From assembly GCA_016933575.1 (NCBI GenBank), contig JAFGAR010000028.1:1-64000 (forward strand): a stretch of DNA of 64,000 nucleotides. Reading direction: 5' to 3'. The stretch's first letter is position 1. Each line of letters starts with the position of its first letter. Origin of the DNA: Candidatus Thorarchaeota archaeon (GTDB taxonomy: Archaea; Asgardarchaeota; Thorarchaeia; Thorarchaeales; Thorarchaeaceae). The notes beneath the pieces were generated by a model. The model worked only from the letters and a program-made list of their open reading frames with translations. It made no database searches and was not told the DNA's origin. A program made the position numbers and the translations under genes. This document shows, piece by piece, positions 19,526 through 30,558 of the stretch.

Positions 19526-19540
19526 GTTTGAGGTTGACCT

Positions 19541-19725
19541 GCAAATTCAGGTCATCAAAACTTGAATAGTCATCAATTGGACTGCATGAAGGTCGTAAGT
19601 CCTCAATAAAACCAGTCAGAGAAGGTTTGCATAGTTGCTATGCTTGTATGATAAATGCATGGGAATTTGCTTGATGCATTATGCATAGCTCAGTGTACAG
19701 CACTATCCATAACCTGCAGTAATCT
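19541..19725 (-). repeat. Orphan ssb promoter/leader (ssb CDS absent)
   Basis: CATGAAGGTCGTAAGTCCTCAATAAAACCAGTCAGAGAAGGTTTGCATAGTTGCTATGC identical to 30405-30463. Confidence 0.85.
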
Positions 19726-19735
19726 GAGCAGTAAT

Positions 19736-19850
19736 TATTAACAGCTTCACAAATCAACTTTTGAATTCTACGAGCACCTATCCTGGTTAACAGATGTACT
19801 GGATAGGATGATAAGATATCCATCGAATCACAGGAAAAAGATTCCTAGTC
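19736..19850 (-). pseudogene. 3' remnant of Lrp/AsnC regulator
   Basis: CDSMDILSSYPVHLLTRIGARRIQKLICEA vs CDSVDVLLSYPVRKFTRIGTLRIQEMICEA at 30559-30660. Confidence 0.75.
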
Positions 19851-20107
19851 CAGAATACCAGAACTAGCTCGCCTCTGTGATGTAGGAGATATCAGTTTCG
19901 TCACATACAGTCTACGTGACTCTAATTCTATGGAATAACGACTATCATGCCTACCAATAAGATAAGAACATAGTACCTAGTTGCTGTATCTCAACTATTC
20001 CCAATTTCAAGCATAATCCTTCTTTTGGTAACTTTGATTCATTCTAGTTGGATTGTGAGAATTTAACAATTTCAATGAATCCAGCCCCAAAACTGAGGAG
20101 ATTATAG

Positions 20108-20965
20108 ATGACTGTTAACAGCCATTACAGGGATATTGAAGTGAAGAAAGTTTCATCAAGAGTAGTAATAGCTCAATACAAGGACTACTATCAGCTAAAC
20201 GCTGCAGCAATTATTATGAACAATCAGATAGTTGTCATTGATACACTTTACTATCCATCGCAAGGGCTTTTCTTCAGAAAATTAGTTGAAGAAGAATTTG
20301 GACTACCAGTTAAGTTCCTCTTTCTCACACACTACCACTGTGACCATGTTTTCGGAATGAGTTCATTTAATGATACCACTGTGATTGGATCCAATGACCT
20401 CTTTGTGAATATCAAGCAACGTTTGAAGACTCGATGGACTAAAGAGTATTTTGAGAATTGGATGAAGAGCGAACCTCCCATTGCTGATGAGATCAGAAAG
20501 ATATCAATTCGTTGTCCAGACATTGCTTTTGAGGGAGAATATATTTTAAATGATGAAGATCTGATATTGAAATTCTTTCATTCCGGAGGGCATACATCAT
20601 GTTCTGCGTTTGCTTACTTTCCAGATGAAAGAGTTTTGTTTACAGGTGATGAAATCATTGCACATGCTTGGCCATTCATCTTTGATACAACACTAAATCC
20701 TGATAGGTACATTGATTCATTGAAATCAATGTTAAAACTCGATGTCGAATTTGTAGTTGCAGGACATGGACCTGTCGTTGGATTGAACCATGTTAAAGAG
20801 TATCTAGAGCATTTAATGAACTTGAAGAGATGCATAATTTCAGGGATATCAGAGGGTAAATCCCCAGATTCCATCGATGTGCCAAAGTTTTATACTCCCC
20901 ATACTGACTGGCAAATCTCAGAAGCCAAGAGAATAATGTACAGCTATTACTCGAATCATCATTGA
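20108..20965 (+). CDS. MBL-fold metallo-hydrolase
   Basis: THYHCDH, GGHT, LFTGD, VAGHG. Confidence 0.9.
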   Translation: MTVNSHYRDIEVKKVSSRVVIAQYKDYYQLNAAAIIMNNQIVVIDTLYYPSQGLFFRKLVEEEFGLPVKFLFLTHYHCDHVFGMSSFNDTTVIGSNDLFVNIKQRLKTRWTKEYFENWMKSEPPIADEIRKISIRCPDIAFEGEYILNDEDLILKFFHSGGHTSCSAFAYFPDERVLFTGDEIIAHAWPFIFDTTLNPDRYIDSLKSMLKLDVEFVVAGHGPVVGLNHVKEYLEHLMNLKRCIISGISEGKSPDSIDVPKFYTPHTDWQISEAKRIMYSYYSNHH

Positions 20966-21038
20966 GTTTTTGCTTTTTCATTAAGATACTGAAAATCGAA
21001 TGAATTCTTATTATGAAATTTTATCAACATCTCCTTTT

Positions 21039-22259
21039 CTAGAAGAATGTTGGCCCAGGTTCATATTGAATCTTTGGTTGTTCAGTTGTCGATGTTTCTT
21101 CTGGCGATAAGACTTCAACGAGTGTATATTTAGAGGATCCCAAGCCTCTTGCTTCGCCGAATCTCACAACTTTATACGGATCTTTAAGAGGACCATGAAT
21201 GATTTGCAATGGATGAAGATTCGCCTTCAGATCTGAGTTCACTCGCATATAACTTTCTGGGATTTTCCGAATAGCATTCTCATTAATGCCTTGAATAGCA
21301 ATCAGATCTAATGATGCCTTGTCAATAGCAACAATATCTTTACTTCCCAAAATACCGATATCATCAATTACTATAGGCATTGCAGTTCCCATACAGTCAC
21401 AAAAGGGAGTGATATCCAATAGAAAATTAAGATGAAATACTTTGGACTTATCAAAGCTATCAAGGATAATTTTTGCTGCGGCAGCCATCAATTCTTGAAA
21501 AGCGTCAAAATTCTCATGATGAATTGTCCAATTGGTCAATCCACCATCAGCTTCAACACAAAATTGCGTACCCCCATGACATTGATCGCATTCATAGAAT
21601 TGAAGCTCTGCCATGTTTTTTCTATCATTCCACATAGGAGCTTTCCTTGGGCAAGAATCACGAAGTTTCTGAAGATGCTCCTTAGTCATCTTTGTTTGAT
21701 CAAAGTATTTATCACGATATACAATGCCATGGATGGTTACCCATCTTGTTGGTCCACTATAGCCACCTAATGCTATATTCTTGAAGGCACCTCCATATCC
21801 ACAAGATCCATGTCCCTTTGAGTGAGTAAGGTTCACGAGAGCATCAGCATCAAGAAGAACTCCAGCAGCATCGAGGCTTGTTACGCCCTCAATATCAGTA
21901 CTCTTTGTTGTTACATAGCCATCTTTTATGCCTGCAATAGGAATGATGGGACATCCACATGTTTCCTGAGTATATCCACGATAGACAGCATTGTACACGG
22001 CGGTGGGATTATCGGTGATGAAGGGGTAAGCGCCATGCTTCTTGATAGCATCAACCACTCTCCGGACAAAGAATACCGGAACAGTCTGGTAACCATCAGA
22101 GAAACCGAGATGCATCTTAACAGCAACTTTCTCGCCTTTCTTAATAGAGCTAAAATCGAGATACTCTATAATTCTATCAAGTTTCTCGCTCATATTGGCA
22201 AAACGAGCAGTTGTACCGGGAATTGTGGAACCGTAATAAACCTCTGAGATTGATGACAT
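21039..22259 (-). CDS. DUF362 Fe-S protein, copy 2
   Basis: Collinear with 16170-17396; start set at MSSISEVYYG by alignment. Confidence 0.85.
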   Translation of the reverse strand: MSSISEVYYGSTIPGTTARFANMSEKLDRIIEYLDFSSIKKGEKVAVKMHLGFSDGYQTVPVFFVRRVVDAIKKHGAYPFITDNPTAVYNAVYRGYTQETCGCPIIPIAGIKDGYVTTKSTDIEGVTSLDAAGVLLDADALVNLTHSKGHGSCGYGGAFKNIALGGYSGPTRWVTIHGIVYRDKYFDQTKMTKEHLQKLRDSCPRKAPMWNDRKNMAELQFYECDQCHGGTQFCVEADGGLTNWTIHHENFDAFQELMAAAAKIILDSFDKSKVFHLNFLLDITPFCDCMGTAMPIVIDDIGILGSKDIVAIDKASLDLIAIQGINENAIRKIPESYMRVNSDLKANLHPLQIIHGPLKDPYKVVRFGEARGLGSSKYTLVEVLSPEETSTTEQPKIQYEPGPTFF

Positions 22260-22547
22260 TAATGAACCTCTTTGTTTAGAGTTAGTATATATTGAATAAG
22301 TGTGACTATCTCTAAGTGTGGACATAGAGAGTTCAAGTATGTAATCACTACTATTCATTCATTATCAATGGCGATGAAGAGGCAGAATGTGCTCGTTTCT
22401 TGTGTGAAGATTGAAAGAAATGGAAAGATAAGAAATCCTCACTCAACTGATATGCATAATCTGCAAAGATATAGGACCTTCCAAAGCCAAGAAAGATTAT
22501 AGATTATCTTCTGAAATCAGCTTCGCTAGTCTACACTATTGGAAGCG

Positions 22548-22922
22548 ATGGTTTGCATAGAGTGACCACTCGATAAAGAGGCGATAGATATAGCGCTTAC
22601 AATTAGAAGAAGAAATACAAAGAACGATTGGAGATTTGAAGAGAGAAACAACTCTCTCGATATGGCTTATGTCTACGCCCATGAAGTAGACAGAGTCACA
22701 AGGTAGATTTCATGTATCTCTATCTCCCGTCGTAACATGAAGCTACAGGATAGCACACACTCAAATCCTGTGGTGCGCGTCATTCGTAATCACTTTTTTA
22801 TTTCAGAGTTTTTAATGATTGGAAACCCATTCAACTAAGAAGGTGTTTCTGAAAATTCAATTATCAGTATATGCACAAATTCAAGCATCTTATTAACAAC
22901 TTGGAGAAACTTAAACGATTAT
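22548..22922 (+). repeat. Duplicated small-ORF/hairpin element, copy 2 (ATG replaced by ATA)
   Basis: Near-identical to 19148-19525; lacks the upstream TATA/operator. Confidence 0.85.
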
Positions 22923-22947
22923 CATTTCTACAGGTGGGCGACTACGT

Positions 22948-25623
22948 ATGAAGTTCCTAGATGTAGGAAGAAGAAAATACAAAGTGCATGCAGTAATTGG
23001 AATTGTCGTCATTTCAATACAATTACTTACCATCATTCAACCGACAGGCGAAATTTCTAGATTTAACCAGAGTATGAATGGAGAAGTGACAAACACTGAA
23101 ACTTACGATAATCATAGAGAAATGAGTGTACCGAGTCAATTAGAGAATGCTCAATGGATTAGCCTCGATTCTTCAGTAAATCCTGGTACTGTTTCTGGAT
23201 CCGAGGTCATTTCATCAGATGCATCAGGAATTACCATTAGATCACACTTCTATGGATTCTGGCAGACAAATGATACATTAAATGGCACTCACTATGATGT
23301 CATTGATATGCCCGGTGCATCCCTACAAATGACACCAAGCAATCCTTCAGTTCCTTGGTTGAATGAATTTGTTGAAATTCCGCATGGAATAAATGTAACT
23401 GTAGACATCACATATTTTGAAACTCATATTTTTGAAGGCTATTGGATTATACCGACGCAAATGCCTTTAGTTAGCTTACCAGAACCTACCATTCCAGTCT
23501 TTGTAAAAAACGATACATTGTATAATGAAGATAAGTTCTATCCAAATTATAATATTACTTGCATTGGAGATGATGCAGAATCACCAATCATTATTCGAGG
23601 CAGACGACTTCTTGAGATTGGTATCTCTCCAATTCAATTCAATCCTGATACTAGACAGCTGAGAGGCTATTCATTACTAGAAATACAAATATACTATACA
23701 GAACCTGCGCAAATAGTTCATGTTGATGCTTCACTCTATTCAGAAGCATTTGAATCAATATATCAAGATATTCTTCTAAATTATCAAGACTGGAGTTCGT
23801 TACCTAGTGGTACAGTGGCAAATAATAATTATCAAACAAACAGCGAATCAACAACCGCAGATTTCGCGTGGTATGATTCGGTCCAATATTTAATTATCAC
23901 ATACCCTGACTTCTATCCAGCTGCAAAGAAATTAGCTGATTGGAAGACACGAAAAGGGATTCCCGCAGAGGTAGTAACAACTGATGTAATATACTCGGAT
24001 TCGTCAGTAATTTTTGATAATCCGCCTTATGGGGTAGATATTGAAATTCCAAAAGGACAATTATTTGATAAAATTGAGGATATGAAGGAGTGGATCCTTA
24101 ACCAATTTACTGAACACAATGTAAAGCCATCATATGTTCTGTTATTAGGAGATAGTAACCACATCCCTTGTGATTATAATATCTCGCATAAAGCTAACTT
24201 CTATCAAAATGATCAATTCCTGCCAGTTCATGGTCCAATCTATGCAAACAAAATTGCTACGGATGTAACCTACTTCTGCGTTATGGGTAAGGATTACTTC
24301 CCAGATATGATACATGGAAGAATATCAGTAGAAGACATAGATGAGGCAAATTCGGTTATAGAGAAGATATTAGCCTATGAACAACAACCCATAGAAAATG
24401 ATCCATTCTATGCGAATGTTCTTACTACAGGATATTTTCAAGATTGGTATGATACATCATATTCTGGGAATCCTGATGGAAGAGAAGATGAAGAATTCAT
24501 TCAAACTGCTGAGAATATTTCGAACTATATCAGAACACTCCCGTATTTGGTGCCATACACAGTTCACATTAATTACACAACAGATACTGGGGTGACTCCA
24601 AGCTATCTCTATGATGGTATAACGCCTGTCAATCCGAATATCGACTGGACTGCAAGCACGTCAGATGTGGTTGATAATATCAACGAAGGACGTTTTATTG
24701 TATTTCACATAGACCATGGCACTTCACGGAATTTCTATTGGTGGTACAGAAATGACTGGCCGAACACATTCATAGGGAGATTTGATGGATGGGCTGCACC
24801 ATATTTCACTACTGATTATATTAATCAACTCAATAATGAAAATCGATTACCATTATTGTTATGTATGGAATGCAACACTGGATGGTTTGATGGAGAGACT
24901 GATGGATTAATCGATGAAGGATTCCTTAACCAGTACCAATTAGATTGCTTTGCAGAAGAAATAGCCAAACTACCAACCACTGGTGCCATAGCAGCCATTG
25001 CTTCAACACGTTCGAGCTTTAATTCTCCAGCAGCTGATCTTTCAATTGGTATCACCAACTCATTCTGGCCGGGTATCATAGAAAGACCATACTTCTTCAT
25101 TCTACCATTTACAGCAATAAACAACTTAGGAGTAGCTCTTTATCGAGCGAAAGCCTATGTTTCTAAATTGTACAATGGAATTACTGACACCCAAAATCAG
25201 GGAAACATTACTCAACTTGTTTATCATCTGCTTGGCGATCCAGATACTCCTCTATGGACTCAAAATCCTAAGAAATTCATAGTTGAGTACCCATATTGTT
25301 TGGAACAAGGAACAACTCATAGTGTTGTGGTTCGAGTCATGCATGAGAGTACAGCTGTCCGAAGAGCTATGGTTTGCTTGCAGAAAGATACCGAAGTCTA
25401 TCTAGTAGGATATACTAATAATTTGGGAGAAGTGACTTTCGAAATTGACCCAATGACACTTGGTGTGATGAATATTACTGTGACAAAACAGAACTTTATC
25501 CCAATCATAAAACAGATTTCCGTCAGTGTTGTTTGCCCAATTCTGCTTGCAGTGATAGGTGGGATTGCATTGGTTGTCATTGTTGTCATTATCATATACC
25601 GAAAGAGAATCGGGGCATCGTGA
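22948..25623 (+). CDS. Gingipain-like peptidase family C25 with propeptide and C-terminal TM anchor
   Basis: YLIIT..F..AAKKLADWK..KG, YVLLLGD, D..Y....G.D..PD...GRI, catalytic HG and C-N-TG, LLGDP. Confidence 0.9.
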   Translation: MKFLDVGRRKYKVHAVIGIVVISIQLLTIIQPTGEISRFNQSMNGEVTNTETYDNHREMSVPSQLENAQWISLDSSVNPGTVSGSEVISSDASGITIRSHFYGFWQTNDTLNGTHYDVIDMPGASLQMTPSNPSVPWLNEFVEIPHGINVTVDITYFETHIFEGYWIIPTQMPLVSLPEPTIPVFVKNDTLYNEDKFYPNYNITCIGDDAESPIIIRGRRLLEIGISPIQFNPDTRQLRGYSLLEIQIYYTEPAQIVHVDASLYSEAFESIYQDILLNYQDWSSLPSGTVANNNYQTNSESTTADFAWYDSVQYLIITYPDFYPAAKKLADWKTRKGIPAEVVTTDVIYSDSSVIFDNPPYGVDIEIPKGQLFDKIEDMKEWILNQFTEHNVKPSYVLLLGDSNHIPCDYNISHKANFYQNDQFLPVHGPIYANKIATDVTYFCVMGKDYFPDMIHGRISVEDIDEANSVIEKILAYEQQPIENDPFYANVLTTGYFQDWYDTSYSGNPDGREDEEFIQTAENISNYIRTLPYLVPYTVHINYTTDTGVTPSYLYDGITPVNPNIDWTASTSDVVDNINEGRFIVFHIDHGTSRNFYWWYRNDWPNTFIGRFDGWAAPYFTTDYINQLNNENRLPLLLCMECNTGWFDGETDGLIDEGFLNQYQLDCFAEEIAKLPTTGAIAAIASTRSSFNSPAADLSIGITNSFWPGIIERPYFFILPFTAINNLGVALYRAKAYVSKLYNGITDTQNQGNITQLVYHLLGDPDTPLWTQNPKKFIVEYPYCLEQGTTHSVVVRVMHESTAVRRAMVCLQKDTEVYLVGYTNNLGEVTFEIDPMTLGVMNITVTKQNFIPIIKQISVSVVCPILLAVIGGIALVVIVVIIIYRKRIGAS

Positions 25624-25739
25624 CAGTTTACTAAAGAAAGATGTATTCGATTCTATTAATGTGTATTTGCACAAAATGATTATCCTTTTAATTAACATCT
25701 ACAGAATAAATTAGATTCCTAGATTAGGAGGAATTATCG

Positions 25740-26159
25740 ATGTGCACTGAAAAAGAAGAGAATGCATATGCTGAAATCTTTAGCCATTTGTTTCAAAATG
25801 ATGGATTGCGTCAAGCATTAATCCAGACACTAATACCACAGCAGGATGGCGTAGTTTTACAGGGAGTCGTTGCTATCAATTCTGCTGTAGGAGGAGCTAT
25901 GAATATTCATGGCTTTTGGTATTTGACTCATAGAACATGTCAAGCTGAAGCAGTTCGAATGATTGCAGAATGGCTCTGGAGTTTTGGACAAGGGCAAGCT
26001 GGAACTGATGCATACATGTCGCTTACAGATCCAAAAGAATTTAGAACCCATTACACTGATTGGCTAAAAACGAAAGCCAAATGGTGGGAGAAGGGTTTTG
26101 GGAGTATTGTAGTCAATGGAATAGGTCCTTGGCCAAAGACTGGCACTGGTGGCGATTAA
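25740..26159 (+). CDS. Hypothetical protein (139 aa)
   Basis: Strong RBS AGGAGG before ATG; no recognisable motif. Confidence 0.6.
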   Translation: MCTEKEENAYAEIFSHLFQNDGLRQALIQTLIPQQDGVVLQGVVAINSAVGGAMNIHGFWYLTHRTCQAEAVRMIAEWLWSFGQGQAGTDAYMSLTDPKEFRTHYTDWLKTKAKWWEKGFGSIVVNGIGPWPKTGTGGD

Positions 26160-26189
26160 TCAATAAGACAAGTTCAAATGAATATATTG

Positions 26190-27674
26190 TCAGATTCGAT
26201 GCATAAGATTCTCAACAAACCGTGAAAGGAAATCTAGTCCAGGTTCTTTTGCCAGATCATCCAATTTCTGCAATAAAACACGTAGCATTGCATCATCATT
26301 TTGAATTAATGCCAACTCTGATCTTAAAATCAGTGCTTGCCCCAAGACACCTGGTAGATCATTAGATATTGCACGTTCCTCAAGAATTGTAAGATATGGA
26401 AAAATCTCAGTATTATCAGCTGCTGTTGAGACTTCAATCATAGCGAGATAGTAAAGAGGCATCATTTTATATCTCAATGTTCCTTCGTGAGCTTCGAATA
26501 TCTTCAAAGATTCCTCAAGACTACTTGTTGCTGCAAGCACATCGCCTTTAGCATATTCAAGTAAACCAGTGACGAAGTGAAGCCAGCCAAAATGGCTTTC
26601 ACGACCAGATTTCAGAATTGATTCGTGTACTGCTTCAAAGAGAAGTTCTGCTTCAGACAGTCTGTTTAGGAGAATAAGAGACCAGATTTGGCACAAAACA
26701 GCACGAGATTGCAGGAATGATCTATTCAAGAATTGATCTTCAGCCATTTTCCCCCATTCCAAACCTGATTCGTATTCTCCTATAGAATTATAAAGGGAGG
26801 ACAACATCAGAGCAGTGAGACCTGTTTCTGAATCCATACTCTCTCTAATCGATACAACGTGGAGGAAATTTTCAATTGCTTTTGAGAATTCGCCACGAAT
26901 CATTTCAATTGTACTGAGCTGTTCTAATACATCAGCATAGCCAGCAACAGAACCGAGTCTATCCATAATCTCAAGAGCTTCAAGTAGATAGCTACGAGCA
27001 ACATCTCGATTGTTAGAAGAGATACGCGCCTGTTCAATAAGACAGTATGCTAATCGAATTTGGTCATCATGTTTCCTAGCGTTGTCAATTGCTAGTTGAT
27101 TATATCGACTCCATTCTGTGTTGTTTCCATCAATATCAGCAATTCTCGCAAGATTATTATACAAAACAGTTTTGTAAAACTCGAAACGAGAATCACTATC
27201 GATGAGTACATAAATTTCATCCAAATTACTTGAATCGTGAATAATATTCGGATAATTATAAGTTTCAGCTTCAAATTTCATGAAACGCATTTCAAGAGTT
27301 AACCAATCATCAGTATGTGTGCGGATTACTTTATCGGCTGCTTGTATGATTCTATTGAGATCATTCGACTTCCCTTGATAATGACTAGCAAAAAAGATGT
27401 TAGGTTTTAGAATAGGAATATTTCCATATCTTTCTGCTATTGTATCAATTCGCTTTAAATCAAGGAGTTGAGCCGAGTGGTGAATGGCAAAGTATACAAG
27501 GAAATCAGAAGCGTTCTCGTCAAGTACTATCTGAGTTAGTGACATTACAAAATCGTTGTAATCCTTTGCATTTACCATTGTGGTTTCGAGAACATCTTTG
27601 ATATCAGAATCAATCAAAGGAAAATAAACTGAAATCGAACCCAGAGAATCCATATTTTCACACCTCTTATTCAT
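26190..27674 (-). CDS. Tetratricopeptide-repeat protein
   Basis: Helical repeats, e.g. GEFSKAIENF, GEYESGLEW, GDVLAATSSLEESL. Confidence 0.75.
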   Translation of the reverse strand: MNKRCENMDSLGSISVYFPLIDSDIKDVLETTMVNAKDYNDFVMSLTQIVLDENASDFLVYFAIHHSAQLLDLKRIDTIAERYGNIPILKPNIFFASHYQGKSNDLNRIIQAADKVIRTHTDDWLTLEMRFMKFEAETYNYPNIIHDSSNLDEIYVLIDSDSRFEFYKTVLYNNLARIADIDGNNTEWSRYNQLAIDNARKHDDQIRLAYCLIEQARISSNNRDVARSYLLEALEIMDRLGSVAGYADVLEQLSTIEMIRGEFSKAIENFLHVVSIRESMDSETGLTALMLSSLYNSIGEYESGLEWGKMAEDQFLNRSFLQSRAVLCQIWSLILLNRLSEAELLFEAVHESILKSGRESHFGWLHFVTGLLEYAKGDVLAATSSLEESLKIFEAHEGTLRYKMMPLYYLAMIEVSTAADNTEIFPYLTILEERAISNDLPGVLGQALILRSELALIQNDDAMLRVLLQKLDDLAKEPGLDFLSRFVENLMHRI

Positions 27675-27865
27675 GCCTTCAGTATCTTTTTTTAAATTTT
27701 CAAATATTGAATGTTAGAATAACTTGAAGAAAAATCTTTTTGACAAAAGTAGTTGAATGAGATACAGGAAGACATTTTCAATCATTTCAATTAAGAGCCA
27801 AGGTCAACTATGACTGACCAAAGCTTTACTATTGAACAACATAGACAGGGAATATGTGATGTATC

Positions 27866-28681
27866 TTGACAGCTACTGAAGTTAGACCCCTCAAGAGTGA
27901 TGATATTCCACAACTGATGGAGATAGATAAGGAAATTTTTCCTGATGATCCCTTGGAAGAGGATTGGCTAAAGAAGCGCATGGAGCGAGATGGTTGCTTC
28001 GTCCTCTGTCAAAATGAACAGATCCTTGGAAATCTCATTGTAGCTCCATACGGGAAAGATGAGGGTCATCTAGGTAGGATTGGTGTTGCCAAGAATGAAC
28101 AGGGGAAAGGTTATGGATCTATACTTATGGAGTACGCAATCGATTGGTTTCGTAGTAAAGGAAACATCAAATCAGTTCACCTCTATACACAGGACTTCAA
28201 TGAGACAGCTCAGAACTTATACAAGAAATTCGGATTTGAGAGGTCTGGGACTACATGGCATTATTTTGTACCATATGAAACTCTGAGAGCTAAAAAGCAA
28301 CTCACTGTTCAGACAATTAAGGATGATGAGATAGATTCAGTCGGAGAAAGATATGCGTCTCTTCCACCAGAACAGATTAGGAAATTGCTAACTTACGAAG
28401 AATTTCTTGTTCTGACATTGAAGGACAGAATAGGCAATGTTGTGGGAGTCTGTAGATTCACACCCTCATTTCCAGGATGTTTTCCATTTGAAATCACTCG
28501 CGTTGAATACTTTGATGATTTCATCGATGGTGTAGTTCGATTTGGTCTGCCTGAGTATGATTACGTGAGAGTTACTTTTACAGATATACCTGAACTAGCT
28601 CAACTCTGTGATGATAGAAGATATCGCCTTCATCATAGACTCCTCAAAATGACGCTACTACTCCAGCTCAAACAAAGTTGA
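27866..28681 (+). CDS. GNAT N-acetyltransferase
   Basis: IGVAKNEQGKGYGS, N..A.NLYKKFGF. Confidence 0.9.
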   Translation: MTATEVRPLKSDDIPQLMEIDKEIFPDDPLEEDWLKKRMERDGCFVLCQNEQILGNLIVAPYGKDEGHLGRIGVAKNEQGKGYGSILMEYAIDWFRSKGNIKSVHLYTQDFNETAQNLYKKFGFERSGTTWHYFVPYETLRAKKQLTVQTIKDDEIDSVGERYASLPPEQIRKLLTYEEFLVLTLKDRIGNVVGVCRFTPSFPGCFPFEITRVEYFDDFIDGVVRFGLPEYDYVRVTFTDIPELAQLCDDRRYRLHHRLLKMTLLLQLKQS

Positions 28682-28769
28682 AACCCTATCAGAAAAAAAA
28701 GACTCCCACTCTCATTTAACCGGTATCAAAAAACCTAGTAGACCCAACATCTTCGAAAGCAAAGAGCGG

Positions 28770-29693
28770 TTACAGATTGGCCTCAGAGATCATCTTTTCC
28801 AGTCTTATCCTGCCCAAGCGTGGGAATTTTTTAACTGGGAATGAGAGGAGTATGTCAATAGATTTTGTAAAACACTCGTTCTTAATCCTGCTTGATATTA
28901 GCTCTGCATCTCTGAAATGCTTAGTAACAAATTTTGCAAATAGAATAGGTTCCATTGCTGAAAAATAAGAATACCAATACTCGCCAGCAAACTCTGCCCT
29001 GAGGAACCCATCGATTTCATCCCTGTTGCATTCTTGTTCATTGTAAATGATTTTGAGATAAAACTCAGCGTTTTCGCCCTGGCTGAGATTCCATCTTGCG
29101 GCAAACCAGAATGCATGACTTTCTAGAAGCTCCTGAATAATCCTACTTACGCGCCTTGCTGTAAGACCAGTTCGTTCAGATATCTCGGTTACTTGCATTC
29201 GTGCGTCTTTAAGGAGTTGTTTTAGAACTCGTAGGTGCAGATTTTTGATCTCGAAGGTCTCTCCTTTTAATAACACTATAGTATGTAATTCAACATCTTT
29301 GACGGATGCTAATGTTCTCAGAAATGTACTAAGATTCTTGAGACCCTCAGCACCAATATATTCACAGTGTACTAGATAGGTTCTTCCAATACTCGTCACA
29401 ATCTGACCAACTTGGATGATATTGGGATTAGAACCAGAAATTTGAATGAATTCCTCTTCATCCTCAGAACCATCTGTGTGTATCAATGCGACAAGATAGT
29501 CTGAATTCATCATTGCAGGTTTAAAAGCAACTGTGAACTCCTCAATCACACCTGTATCAATCAAACGTTCTACACGCTTTCTCACAGCATTTGCAGTCAT
29601 TCCAAGACTCTCTGCAATTGCTTGATAAGATAATCTGCAATTGGAGTCGAGTGCGAGTAGGATGTTCTTATCCACAGAATCCAAAATATTCAC
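28770..29693 (-). CDS. Tandem-domain Lrp/AsnC regulator
   Basis: LDSVDKNIL..L..NCRLSYQ.IA..LG....AVRKR; second HTH L..DARM..TEIS...G; GTG start assumed. Confidence 0.85.
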   Translation of the reverse strand: MNILDSVDKNILLALDSNCRLSYQAIAESLGMTANAVRKRVERLIDTGVIEEFTVAFKPAMMNSDYLVALIHTDGSEDEEEFIQISGSNPNIIQVGQIVTSIGRTYLVHCEYIGAEGLKNLSTFLRTLASVKDVELHTIVLLKGETFEIKNLHLRVLKQLLKDARMQVTEISERTGLTARRVSRIIQELLESHAFWFAARWNLSQGENAEFYLKIIYNEQECNRDEIDGFLRAEFAGEYWYSYFSAMEPILFAKFVTKHFRDAELISSRIKNECFTKSIDILLSFPVKKFPRLGRIRLEKMISEANL

Positions 29694-29876
29694 CCTTAGG
29701 CAGTCTATTTGTAAAATTCGGATTTTCATAGACACGATTTTGGTTATGATGTAGGTCCTTCAGTAATGTAAGAAGAGCTCTAAATAAAATATCTATAAAT
29801 GGGATTATCAAAAAAAGGGGATATTCATTTTGAAAGTCTATGAGATCCTCGCTTTTTCAGTAGTGTATAAACTATT

Positions 29877-29895
29877 AAAAAAAGGATGGAAAAAG
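29877..29895 (-). repeat. Inter-gene motif, degenerate copy H
   Basis: Plus AAAAAAAGGATGGAAAAAG after ssb copy 2. Confidence 0.35.
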
Positions 29896-29956
29896 TAAGG
29901 ATATAGCTAGTTCCATCCAATACCATCAAATGTCAATATGGATTCTAAAGAGTTCT

Positions 29957-30340
29957 TTATTGTCCACTGTGTTTTTCTGCAGACATGTCCATTTGCTGAT
30001 TAACATCAGTTATTGGTTCCTCAGCTGAAACAATAGAACCGAACTTGCCAACATGAAGTCTTAGACTACCTTTGAAGAGACTTGCATATCCATTTGTAAG
30101 AAGGTAAGATTCACCTTCCTTCACACTATCAATGGTTTCGTTCCATAGGGGCATTAGGACAGTTCCTGTAGAATCGCCAACCATGGCATCTAATACACGA
30201 TAGGTCTCTTCATCTCTACGTGACTCAACTGATCTTTCTTCGCTAGTGCTCATGACCTTGAAGGTAATGTTGACACTTTTCATTCCGGGCTTAAGCTCGG
30301 CAATTGTAGCCTCAATTGGCTCTCTCTTATTTTCACTCAT
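29957..30340 (-). CDS. ssb: SSB OB-fold paralogue 2 (no Gly tail)
   Basis: Collinear with 147-701, ends at MSAEKH. Confidence 0.85.
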   Translation of the reverse strand: MSENKREPIEATIAELKPGMKSVNITFKVMSTSEERSVESRRDEETYRVLDAMVGDSTGTVLMPLWNETIDSVKEGESYLLTNGYASLFKGSLRLHVGKFGSIVSAEEPITDVNQQMDMSAEKHSGQ

Positions 30341-30500
30341 TGTTTATCACTCGCTATTGCGAATTCAGGTCATTCAAAACTAGGATAGTCCTCACGTGGA
30401 AGTACATGAAGGTCGTAAGTCCTCAATAAAACCAGTCAGAGAAGGTTTGCATAGTTGCTATGCCTGTATATTAAAAGTGCGGGAGTTTGCTTAAGGCATT
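30341..30500 (-). promoter_or_regulatory. Conserved ssb promoter/leader, copy 2
   Basis: Shared blocks with 702-862, 37001-37160 and 19541-19725. Confidence 0.7.
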
Positions 30501-30558
30501 ATGCATAGTGCTGGAAACAACGCTATCTATAACCTTCTGTAATCCTAGAGAGAACCAA

